From Mobula hypostoma (Eukaryota): DNA of 64,000 bases. The stretch is from assembly GCF_963921235.1 (NCBI RefSeq), contig NC_086109.1, positions 65,658,001-65,722,000 of the forward strand, read 5' to 3'. A program made the position numbers and the translations under genes. Numbering within the stretch: the stretch's first letter is position 1; each line of letters opens with the position of its first letter. Shown in pieces: positions 50,510-61,902 of this stretch. The notes below the pieces were generated by a model, which saw nothing but the letters and a program-made list of their open reading frames with translations, ran no database searches and had not been told where the DNA came from.

Positions 50510-51312
50510 TAAGTTTCAATAGGTGCATTTAATGTCAGAGAAATGTCTACAATATACACGCTGAAATTATTTTTCTTCGCAGACATCCAGGAAAACAGAG
50601 GAGTGACCCAAAGAATGGGTGACAGATAAAACATTAGAACCCCAATGCCCCCCAACTCCCCCTCTCACAAACAAGCAGCAGCAAGGCAACTGCCCCCCAC
50701 CCCCACCGGCGAAAAAGCATCAGCACCCTTGGCTGAGCACTCAAGCGTGCAGCAAAGCATCAGTAAAGACACAGACTTGCAGTACCCCAAAGTCTACTCA
50801 TTCACCTGGTATTTGACATATCACAGGCTCTCCCCCCCCCAATAAGGGAAAAAGAGGTGTCTCCATTTTACAGCGAGAGGGGAGACATAACAAATAACTC
50901 ATTGATTTACGATGTTAAAAGTCTGTTGCGTTGCTTTTTCTGAGCTCTGTGCTCAGAGAGTTGGCACCAAAAAGCCGCAGCTCTCCGGAAATACAACCCC
51001 CAGCAGCTAACCTGCTGCTTCTGATGTCCCATGTTCTCCCACGATGCCTCAGTCAGGTTCAATCGGCACGTCCCCGGAGCCCTGAAATCCGGGAGCACGG
51101 TCTTCCAGGCTGTGTCCTTGGGATATCAAAAAGCGGCCAGTCATGAGACTCTGAGAGCAGGTCCCATTCCCACAAAGAACTGAAGTCAGAGTGTAACTCC
51201 AGGGCAGGGTCTTCAAAAGAACCCCACACACCCTGAAAAGGAAAAAGAGAGATATGAAAGGTAGAAATAAAGCTGTTTCCGAAGATGCAAGCAAAGGAGT
51301 AGCCATTTAGTG
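50510..51312 (-). mobile_element. Non-coding LINE-derived (UTR-like) repeat
   Basis: Shares its 3' region with 57905-58278(+) and loosely with 62420-63190(-); no ORF recognised. Confidence 0.4.
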
Positions 51313-51521
51313 CCATTTTAACTTCTAGCATCATCTTAACTTTGCACCATTTAGCATATTTTCCCATTTGTTTCATTCAGAGTTCCAATTTAATTACATA
51401 TATTCAGTTTTCGTTTATATATTTTAGTAATATTTTATTAAAACAGTAAACTTATCATGGCCCATTCAGAAACTCTTGTGGTCCTCAGTTTCCTGTTTTT
51501 TTACCACGTTGAGAACCACTG

Positions 51522-53180
51522 CTGTAGATTGTAGAATCAGAATAATGGTGACTGAATTTATCTACACCTCTTCGGGAGTCTTACGGTTGTAGGATCATAA
51601 CTGTTTGCAAACCTGGTGGTGTGGGACCTAAGGCTTCTGTACCTCCTTTCTAATAGTAGTGGACTGGATGGTGAGTGTCTTCAATGATTGATGCTGCTTT
51701 CTTGTTGCAATGCTGTGTGTAAATGAACTCATTGGTAGGGAGGTCTTTGCCTGTGATGGACTGAGCTGTACCCACAACTCTTTTCCATTCTTGGGTATTG
51801 GTGTTTCTATACTGGGCCGTGACGCAATCAGTTAGGATACTGTGCACCTTTTAGAGGCTTGTCAAAGTTTCAGGACATGATAAACCTATGCAAACTTCTA
51901 AGAAAGTACGTTTGTGATTACACTTATGTGCTGATCCCAGGACATTGAGCTGCATTTTAAAATCATTGAGCGTGGGTCTTCAGACTTTCGTTCAGGTTCT
52001 TTGATTTTCCAAATCTCCACAATCTCCTATTGAAGTATAGTCACTGGTGTGTCTTGTTCATAAATGCATCAGTATTTTGGGCCCAGGACAGATCCTCTGA
52101 GATGCTGATGCCCAGGAACTTAAAGCTGCTCAAGCTTTTCACCACTGACCCTTCAATGAAAAAAGGTGTGTGTTCTCCCAACTTCCCCTTCCTGAAGTCC
52201 TCAATCAACTCCCTGGTCTGGTTGACATTGAGTGTGAGGTTGTTGCTGCAGTAACCACTCAACTAGCTGATCTATCACTCTCTTGAACTGCTCCTCATCA
52301 CCATTGGAGATTTTGACATCTACAGAATCAGAATCAGGTTTCTTATCACCAGTATGTGTCGTGAAATTTGTTAACTTAGCAGTAGCAGTACAATACAATA
52401 CATGATAATATAGAAAGAGAAAAAAAATCAATTCAAGTATATATATGTATGTATATTAAATAGATTAAAGATAGTGCAAAAACAGAAATTATATATATTA
52501 AAAAAGTGAGTTAGTGTTCTTGGGTTCAATTGTCCATTTAGGAATCGGATGGCAGAGGGTAAGAAACTGTACTGAATTGCACAGTGATGTAATTGACAAA
52601 TTTATAGATGGCATTTGAGTTGTGCTTAGCCACACAGTCATGAGTATAGTGAGAATAAAGGAGTGGGTTAAGCACGCATCTTTTGTTGATTGTCAGCGAG
52701 GAGCAGATGTCATTACTGATCCATATTGATAGCGGTCTCCCAAGTCAAGCATCTAATTGCAGAGGGAGGTACAGAGACCCAGGTTTTGATGCTCAGAGCT
52801 TAATATTAAGGGGATGATGGTGTTGATCTCTGAGTTGTAACCAATAAACAGCAAACACAAGAAAATCTGCAGTTGCTTGAAATCCAAAGCAACAGCAATA
52901 GGTATTACAGTCGCAGTGCTCCAAGGTAGAGTGAGGTTGTGTTTGCAGTAGGCCTTTTGCATTGGATGATGAATTGCAGCAGGCCAGGGTACTTGCTCAG
53001 ACAGAAGGTAATTCTAGTTGTAACCAACTACATAAAGCACTTTATTGCAGTAGATGCGAGTTCTTTCAGATGGTGATTGTTTAAGCAGCTCAACCTGCTC
53101 TTCTTGGGCAACAGTACGATTGCTCCCCTTTAGAGGCTGGTGAGAACCTCAGACCCCAGCAGTGAGAGTTTGACCAAGTG
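51522..53180 (-). mobile_element. Degraded Rex1/Babar-like LINE
   Basis: CSNNLTLNVNQTRELIEDFRK...FKFLGISISEDLSW; a nested (AGAATC)n tail fragment at 52320-52585. Confidence 0.75.
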
Positions 53181-54095
53181 AGGTACCTTGGCCAACCTCC
53201 ATTATCAGCAAGGACAATATTGCTCCCACATCTCTCATCTTACTGAGCCGTAAGATTTGGTGCCAGCCTCCTGGGACCAGGGAAGGAAGATGGGTGGGTG
53301 AGGCTTGTCCTGGAGATTGGTGCCAGGCATCCACCAGTGGTCAGCCTCAGAGCTGCGGATCAGTGCCGGCACCTATTTTTGTCCCTTTCTGAAACCTGGT
53401 TCTGAGGTAGGACATTTGCGTTGGTAAATTTTTCACCAAAATAGTATACAGTAATTTGTTCAAGGTGCTAGTGATATCTGTGGCAATAGGCTGACAAGCT
53501 CCATCATGTAATTTTAGTGTGCACTATCCAGAGGGTTGAACCTGAGGAGCTGGGATGGGGGAGCAATATTGTGCTCGCTGATAATGGAGGTTCGACAGGG
53601 TACCTCACTTGGTGAAAAAATGCCAGCTGTTGGCATAGTGGCAACTTGGAGATGAGTGGTCCCAGGTTCAAATCTGGCCAGCTCCTTGCACACTTCCCTC
53701 CTTTGCTAGGTTGGGCGTTGAGTAAGTAACAGGGACTCATGAAAGGACACAAGACAAATGCTGAAGGTTGCCTCCTCACGCACCGCAAGGCGCAGAGCGG
53801 TATAACAAAATATTGTCAGGGAAAAAACTGGGTATCTAGGAAGTACTGTGGATGAGCAGCAGCAGTTCTAACACAATTTCTAACCCATGACCTGGTAAAT
53901 GACACATTCTGCCTCTACAATCAAGCCAGAGGTCAACCCTAGTTCAATGAAGTGCAGACTGGTGGTGCATTGGCAGCACGAGACATTCATAGAACCAAAG
54001 TGTATAAATTTTGCACAGCCCAACTTGTCCATACGAACCAAGCGGTCTACCTATGCTCGTCCCATTTACCTTGTTTGGCCCATATTCCTTTAGAC

Positions 54096-54175
54096 CAGGG
54101 GTTCCCAAACTTTTCTCTGGCATGGACCAATACCATTAAGCAAGGGGTCCATGAACCCCAGGTTGGGACCTCCTG
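54096..54175. mobile_element. 80-bp hAT-Charlie MITE
   Basis: caggggttcccaa / ttgggacctcctg termini; degenerate 8-bp TSD ctttagac/ccccagac. Confidence 0.6.
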
Positions 54176-54249
54176 CCCCAGACCTTTCCTATCCATGTAT
54201 CAGTCCAAAGGTGTTGTAAATGTCATTATTGTTCCCGAAAATGAAAAGG

Positions 54250-55600
54250 AAGAAAAGCCTGCAGGTGCTGGATATGGAACAAAGAACAATGGAAGAACTC
54301 AGTGGGTTAAGTGGCATCAGTGGAGGTTAAGGGAGTTAAATAAATGTATCGGGTAGCTATCCCTGCATCAAGAATGAGAGCAATGGGACAGGTTGCCAGT
54401 ATATTGCTGTACATGGGAGGAGGATGTGATAGGCACTGTTAGGTAATGTGGATCTAGATGGGATGATGGACAGATGGAAGCAAGATGATGGGATGGGATG
54501 AACAAAGAGAAAAGAAAACTAGGCAGACAGTTGAGAAAGTGTACGTGACAAAAGCACTGCGATTTTTCTGAAATTGGAAAATTTGCTGGTCACACTGTTG
54601 GGGTGTAAGTTATGTTACATGATATTCTTTCAATTTACTTTTGGCCTCTCTGTAGTAAAGGGGAAGTCCAAGGACAGATAGGTTGGGATGGGAGGGAGGA
54701 GAGGTAAAATAATATGCAACTGGAAGCTCAAGATAGCCAATAGAGACAGAGCACAGGTCTACAAAATGGTTTTCTGGTCTACAATGGATTTTCCAATGTA
54801 GTAAGCCCATATTGCAAGAACCAATGGCAGAGCAAGCTGGAACAAGAGGAGGTGAACCACGGAGTCCAAGACACAGTGGTCCCTGTAAAGTGTAGAATGG
54901 CAGTGAGCAGGAAGATGCGACTAATGGTGGGATTACGGCGGAGCTGGTGGAGGATGTCATGTTGGATGAGGAGGCTGGGTGGGTGGAGGGTGAGGACTAA
55001 GAGAACTCTCTTGCTCTTCTCATAGCAGGGAATAGATTCAGAGCAGGCATGCAGGAAATGAGGAAATGTGTGCAAGGGATCTATCAATTGCGACAGAGGA
55101 GGAAAACCCTCTAGAAGATCAATGTGGCCAATTCTACATCATTGGAACAAAGCTGTTTTGCAGAGCACCCGGATTCTGTCTGCAATGGTTGTTATAACTC
55201 TCCTCATTCCCACACTGATGACATCTGTCCTCAGCCTTATGCATTGCAACAAACACAAACTAGAAGAATATCATCTCACATTCTGCCTGGGTTGCCATTG
55301 ACATAAACATTGAATTTGCAATGGCAGGCAACCCACAAGCCCAGTGCTCTCTTGCCCACACACACACACACACACACACTCACCTCTCCACCTAGTTTTC
55401 TTCTCCCTTTGCTCATCCTTCCCATACTCTTTCCCCACCTGTTGCTACTTGCCCACCTTCCATTCCTTATCTAGCTCCTCCAAGCTTTGTGCTGTACCCT
55501 ACGTACTGCTATGTTCTGCTGCTCAGCCCTGACACAGGGTCTTGATATGAAACGTTGACTTGCATCTCTTTGGTCCACAGATGCTGCTCAACCCCAAGAT
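54250..55600. mobile_element. Old Penelope-like remnants in inverted arrangement
   Basis: Degenerate GIY-YIG pieces on - (54610-54960) and + (~55120-55300), each followed by a pLTR-like tail. Confidence 0.55.
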
Positions 55601-56589
55601 CTTTGTTATGCTTTTTTTTTGAAAATGAGACATTATCCTGGCATTGTATCCCAGACATTATAAACAGTGTGTTGAATGATCCCACAACCAAAGGATCAGA
55701 TCAAAGACCTGCTACAGTAAAACTCCGTTAATTCAGCACGTTTGAGGTTTGGTGGTGATGGATAAACAGACTTTATAGGCTGCCGGATGTCCAATTTTCT
55801 TGAAGAATGCTACAGTAGAATAATGCAAGTTCCAGTGAACTCATTAAGTTTAAAGCAAATGCAAGAACCGAGGCGTAAGTGAGAGGAAGGGTGCATGGGA
55901 ATTCAGAAGCCAAGCAGTGACGGAGGACCCAAGTGGTGCAAGTGGATGCATATGGACAGAGAAGGAACAGTAAAGGTTTTCATGGTGTGTTTGGGGAGAG
56001 GTTTGAGGAGGTAAGATACTAAATGAACCATTGAAATTTCCAAATTTGGATTGTCTGACTTCCAATGTACATGAACAGTTGCAAATAATTAAACAATAAA
56101 AAGGAGGAAACACTTCAAGATCACCAGCCATAACATGTTCAAAGGAAATTGCTTGTGTTGTTGGAATCAATTATTCAGCCTCAGGACATTGCTGTAGGAG
56201 TTCTTCAGTGCAATGATCTGGATCCAAATGTTTTCAACTGCTCATCAGTCTCCTTCCTTCCATCATCTGCTTGCTGATGATCACACAATATTTAATTCCA
56301 CCAATAGCTCTTCACTTAATGAATTCAGCAAAACCTAGATAACACATGGACATGAACTGTTAAGGTAAATACATCCATGCCATAAGGTGATTGCTTAAAG
56401 TATACAAGGCAGTCGTGGGACTTACCGTAGTTCTGTCATAGATTTCCATTTCACTGTGAGGATCTTGTTGCCTGGGAGTTTCCATGGATGGGTGCTCCTA
56501 GATAGCTTGGTCTAGTTTTCTTTACAGTACTACATGGGAGCATTGTGTGGAGACTTAAGAAATTCTGATACCACTTGATATGCAGGGCT

Positions 56590-57665
56590 TCAAGTATTGG
56601 AGGTGGGATGTTATGTTGAAGTTGTATAAGAAGTTGAAGAGGCCAAATTTAGGGTATCAGTGCAATTCTGGTCACCTACCTATAGGAAAGATATCAATAA
56701 GCTTGAAAGAGCAGAGAGAAAATTTACATAAATGTGTTGGAACTTGACGACCAAAGTTACAGGGCTAAATTGAATAGGTTAGGATTTCCTTCACTGGAGC
56801 TCAGGAGAATGAGGGGAGATCATAATGGAAAATTATGAGAGGTACATTACGGGCCATTTGGCCTACAATATTGAGCCAAACTTTTAACCTACTCTAAGAT
56901 CAATCTAACCCTTTCCTCCCACATAGCCCTCTAATTTTCTTTCATCTATGTACCCATCTCTGAGGTCAGGGTCGACCATAGATATTGTCCTAGCTGTCTA
57001 GATACGCAAAGCCAGGGCTGTACAATAGGTACCTATATGTCTCTTAAATATTGTTAATGCATCTGTCTCTCCCATCAACCTTGGTAGTGCAATTTATGCA
57101 CCTCTATACAAATGAACCTTACCTCTGACATCCCGTTCCTATACTTTCCTCCAATCACCTTAAAATTATGCCCCTTCATATTAGCTATTTTTTGGGCTGG
57201 GAACTAGTCTCTGACTGTCCTCTCTTTTCTATACCCTTTACAATCCTGTACACCTTTATCAAATCACTTCTCATCATCGTTTGCTCCAAATAAAAAAAGC
57301 CCCAGCTAACTTAACTTATCCTCATATGACATGCAGGTATAGATATGCTAAATGCATGTGGGCTTTTTCCCTTCAGGTTGGGAAAGACTAGAAATGGGTC
57401 ATGGCTTTAAGGTGAAAGGTGAAATATTTAAGGGGGATCTGAGGGGGAACTACTTCACTCAGAGGGTGGTGAGAGTGTGTTATGGACTTTTTGCAGAAGT
57501 GGTAGATGCAGGTTCAATTGTAACATTTAAGAGAAGTCTGGATAGGTACACAGATGAGAGCGGTATGGCAGGCTATGGTACAAGTGCAGGTAAATGGGAC
57601 TGGACAGATAGCACAGAGCAGATGGGCCAAAGGGCCTGATTCTGTGCTTGCAGTACTCCCTGATT
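56590..57665 (+). mobile_element. CR1 3' fragment with a nested inverted CR1 tail (~56845-57335)
   Basis: LKLYK...VQFWSP.YRKDI; GDLRGNYFTQRVV. Confidence 0.75.
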
Positions 57666-58744
57666 CTACAGTACATGCTCTAAAACTGAAAGTGTCTCAG
57701 ACAAACAAGTTCAACCTACAATGAGAAGTGCCCGTTTGAATTGACAGTGTGATGTAAAATGAGTAAGAAATGGTCATTATCGCATTTCACTCTGTGTTAT
57801 CCATTTCCAGTTGTGCAAGGCCGAAATAAACTGTGGCATCTCATTCCAACCTGACTGATTTCCCCAGCCAGGAAACAGAAAGGTCCTAGAGTAACTTTTT
57901 ATTTATACATGATTATTCTCCCTCGCGCTGTGAAAGCGGACCCTTTATTAGGGAGAGAGAGCTCGTGGTACGTTGAATTGTCGGGGGAATGATTAGTTTT
58001 TGTTGTACTGCAGATTGTGGTCTTTCTTGTGGGCTTTGCGATTGCTTGCTTGGTGGGTGGAGGGTGCTGATGTTTTGTTTGCTTAAGTGTGGGGCTGGGT
58101 CATTGCTTTGCTGCTGCTTGTGTGGGGTGGGGGAGTAGTCAGGGCTTTGGGGCTCTGACATTTTTACTGCCACTTATTCTTTGGGGCACTCTTCTGTTTC
58201 TGTGGATGTCTGCGAAGAACAAGAATTTCAGGATGTATATTGTATACATTTCACTGATATTAAATTAATCTATTGAATGATATCAAACAGACTTATTTTG
58301 GCACTAATTGTATCCCTGGTGAACGCTGGCCACTTGATCTGTTTTCAGCGTCTCTATGCAATGACCATCATGCTCTTGCAGTTCTGTTTTGTTTGCAAAA
58401 GTTCGAACTTTGCCGATACTGCCGCTGCACAAATACTTAAATGATTCCTCAGGATGTGGATGACACCAGCAAGGACAAGATGCATTTCACATTATGGAGT
58501 GCCATGAGGAGTGAGGGCTTACTCGACCACTTGTAGGGACACTAATGAGCCAACTACAGTGGGACGGGTATCTAGGTAATGATGGCGGGTTTTATTCCAT
58601 TGTGAGCTGATGCTAGCACATCCTTGGACTGTGTTGGTCATTGACAAATGATACATTACACTGTATGGTTTGATGTTTTGATGTACGTGCATGTGAAAAA
58701 TAAAGGTAATCTTTAAAGATAAACCATGAAGGATCTTTAAAGAT

Positions 58745-59315
58745 GGTTCCTTAAGGTTGTTATAGCCAGGAATGGTAATGGGGATAAGCTCCCCCACCTG
58801 TTAAATGCTCCCAAGGCGTGCACTTTAAATAGCCTCTGACAACCACATGACCTTCATGTGTGGCTTAGCTACAAAGCCTGGCAGAGCTGTTTCCACTGAC
58901 AGGAGAAGGGGCAAAGGCGGGTTACTAGTGCCTTAAAACCAGTCGCTTCAGGTAGATGGGGTTTGTCAGTTCATCTAGGAGAAGGAAAACTCTGATCTCA
59001 AACCTCCACTACCTTGCAGCTATACCTGCTCATGGGGGGAAGGGAGGGGCTTTGGGAGTAAACCCCGAGTGAAAAATCCAGAGCTGGAGTCCCTAAGGCA
59101 GTCCTGCATTGAGTTCTTTGCTGAATGGCAACTCCTGCAACACCTCTGGCACCAAACTGTATCGGTCTCTGCTGTTCCTTTGGGTTCACCAGATGCATGA
59201 AGAGGGGAGCTTGCTACATGGGCAACAGCTTGCTTTCCATATCGTACTGCCCAGGCTTGCATATCTAGACAGCTAGGACACTATATCCATGGTTAACTCT
59301 GACCAATGGTGGCCC
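58745..59315 (+). mobile_element. Non-autonomous RTE-like bipartite retroposon
   Basis: Its 3' part resembles the tail of the SINE at 32401-32703; a short related piece lies at ~56960-57025(-). Confidence 0.45.
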
Positions 59316-59687
59316 TCACCTCACAAAGATAAACCATCCTGAGCCAGTGTAGATAACTTTACTCACCTCAACATTGAACTGATTCCACCACCTCTGGACT
59401 CACTCACAAGGATTCTACAACTCACGTTCTCAGTATTAGTTATTTATTTATTAAAATATAATTGTTTCAATATTTGTATTTGCACCATTGTCTTCTGTGT
59501 AGTTTTTCATTGGTTCTGTTGCATTTCTTTGTACTACTGTGAATGCCTGCAAGAAAATGGTTACATACTTGTACTTTTATAATAAATTTACTTGGAACTT
59601 TGAAAATGATCTCTCTTTACCTTAAAGGAATTCAAATATTCCAGTGCAGTACAGAAAATGTGCTGAAGTGCCAGAGATTTCTTGTTT

Positions 59688-60200
59688 GGATGTACCTAAT
59701 AAAATGGCCACCGAGTATGTTTGTGGTCTTCTGATCTTGTAGCCCATCCACTTCAAGGTACGAGGTGTTGTGCATTCAGAGATACTCTTATGCACATTAC
59801 TGTTGTAACACATGGTTATTTGAGTAAGTCGCCTTCCTGTCAGCTTGAACTAGTTGGCCATTCTCTGACCTCTCATTCATAAGGTGCTTTCGCCTATAGA
59901 ATTGATGCTCACAAAAAAAAACCCAATTTTTTTGTTTTTCGCACCTTACTCTGTTAATTCTAAAAACTGTTGTGTGTGAAAATCCCAGCAGATCAGCAGT
60001 TTGAGATACTCAAACCACCAACAATCAGTCCATGGCCAAAGTCACTTAGATCATATTTCTTACCCATTCTGATGTCTGATCTGAACAACAACTGGACGTC
60101 TTGACCGTGTCTACATACCTTAATGCATTGAGTGGCTGCCACACAATTGGCTGATTAGATATTTCCTTTAACAAGCAGGTGTACCTAATAAAGTGGGCAC
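59688..60200 (-). mobile_element. Tc1/mariner remnant
   Basis: Repeated gtacctaataaa(a/g)tgg terminal motif; SISECTTPRTLKWMGYKIRRP resembles the Tc1 transposase DNA-binding region. Confidence 0.65.
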
Positions 60201-60584
60201 TTTCACGAAGTTGCATTTCCAACATTTATGCCTGTGGTAAGAGTTTAAAAGTACAACCTTGGCTGTTGCATGCTTCAGGATTTCTTAAAGTAATGAAACC
60301 TGTTGCACCGATGCAAACTTTTCTTGTTGTACCATAAATGTGGGATCAGAGTTTGTGATTCCTGAACCATTCACTGAGTGACATAATCACTGCTGAGCAA
60401 TGCACATTATAATGAGGCTATTTCCATACTGAGAACATGGCAGCTCTTCCCACTCATTAAAGGATAGCATCTGAACAAGAGCACTGGTTTACTCAACTGG
60501 TTTTTTCCCCCTCTCCCTCTCTGGATCCTGAATGAGGTTAATATCTGTGAAACTATCTTACCAGTATAAGACAATTGATGAGGC

Positions 60585-61902
60585 ACAAACACGAGGAAAT
60601 CTGCAGATGCTGGAAATACAAGCAAGACACACAAAAAATGCTGATGAACGCAGCAGGCCAGGCAGCATCTACAGGAAGAAGTACAGTCGACGTTTCGGGC
60701 CGAGACCCTTCGTCAGGACTAACTGAAAGAAGAGATAGTAAGAGATTTGAAAGTGGGAGGGGGAGTTCTGAAATGATAGGAGAAGACAGGAGGGGGAGAG
60801 ATGGAGCCAAGAGCTGGACAGGTGATTGGCAAAAGGGATACGAGGCTGGAGAAAGGAGAGGATCATGGAACAGGAGGCCTGGGGAGAAAGAAAGGGGGAG
60901 GGAAGGGAAGCCCAGAGAATGGGCAAGGAGTTATAGTGAGAGGGACAGAGGAGAAAAAAAAGGGGGGATAAATAAATAAATAAATAAAGGGTTGGGGTAC
61001 ACAGGGGAGGTGGGGCATTAATGGAAGTTAGAGAAGTCAATGGATCGCTCCCTACGCGACTCCCTTGTCCATTCGTCCCCCCATCCCTTCCCACCGATCT
61101 CCCTCCCGGTTCTTATCCTTGTAAGCGGAAGAAATGCTACACATGGCCTTACACTTCCTCCCTCACCACCATTCAGGGCCCCAGACAGTCCTTCCAGGTG
61201 AGGCGACACTTCAGCTGTGAGTCGGCTGGGGTGATATACTGCGTCCGGTGCGCCTGATGTGGCCTTTTATATATTGGCGAGACCCAACGCAGGCTGGGAG
61301 ACCATTTCACTCAACACCTACGCTCTCTCAGCCAGAGAAAGCAGGATCTCCCAATGGCCACACATTTTAATTCCACGCCCCATCCCCATTCTGATATGTC
61401 AATCCACGGCCTCCTCTACTGTCAAGATGAAGCCACACTCAGGTTGGAGGAACAACAGCTTATATTACGTCTGGGTAGCCTCCAACCTGATGGCATGAAC
61501 ATTGACTCCTCTAACTTCTATTAATGCCCCAACTCCCCTTTGTACCCCATCCCTTATTTATTATATATTTTTTCTCTCTTTTCTCCCTCTGTCCCTCTCA
61601 ATAACTCCTTGCCCATCCTCTGGCACTCCCCTCCCCCTTTCTTTCTCCCTACGCCTCCTGTCCCATGATCCTCTCCCTTCTCCAGCCTTGTATCCCTTTT
61701 GCCAACTTTCCAGCTCTTGGCTCCATCCCTCCCCCTCCTGCCTTCTCCTATCATTTCAGATCTCCCCCTCCCCCTTTCAAATCTCTTACTATCTCTTCTT
61801 TCAGTTAGTCCTGATGAAGGGTCTCGGCCTGAAATGTCAGCTGTACCTCTTCCTATAGATGCTGCCTGGCCTGCTGCATTCTCCAGCATTTTTTTTGTGT
61901 GT
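60585..61902. mobile_element. Penelope-like insertion: + strand GIY-YIG/pLTR unit (61043-61902) preceded by an inverted pLTR (60585-61042)
   Basis: QGPRQSFQVRRHFSCESAGVIYCVRC..GLLYIGETQRRLGDHF..LEEQ..RLGSLQPDGMNI; ~440-bp imperfect inverted arms. Confidence 0.9.
60685..60720 (-). ncRNA. Minimal hammerhead ribozyme motif in a Penelope pLTR
   Basis: agtc-CTGACGA-agggtctcggccc-GAAA-CG-TC-gact. The partner at 61807-61842(+) has a mutated helix III/I. Confidence 0.65.

Larger units (their letters stand above)
44986..51521 (-). mobile_element. hAT-Charlie (ZBED5/SCAND3-like) DNA transposon with several nested insertions
   Basis: TIRs CAGTGGTTCT.. / ..AGAACCACTG; degenerate 8-bp TSD tggtagat/ctgtagat. 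Transposase remnants PLCLIC..SNESM.P.QLRKHL (47264-47689), LSNSSVSRCIDEMSDD..LQIDEST (47137-47322) and C-terminal RGDLQLSLTKLQPDI (~45560-45640). The host LINE is continuous across the element. Confidence 0.85.
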
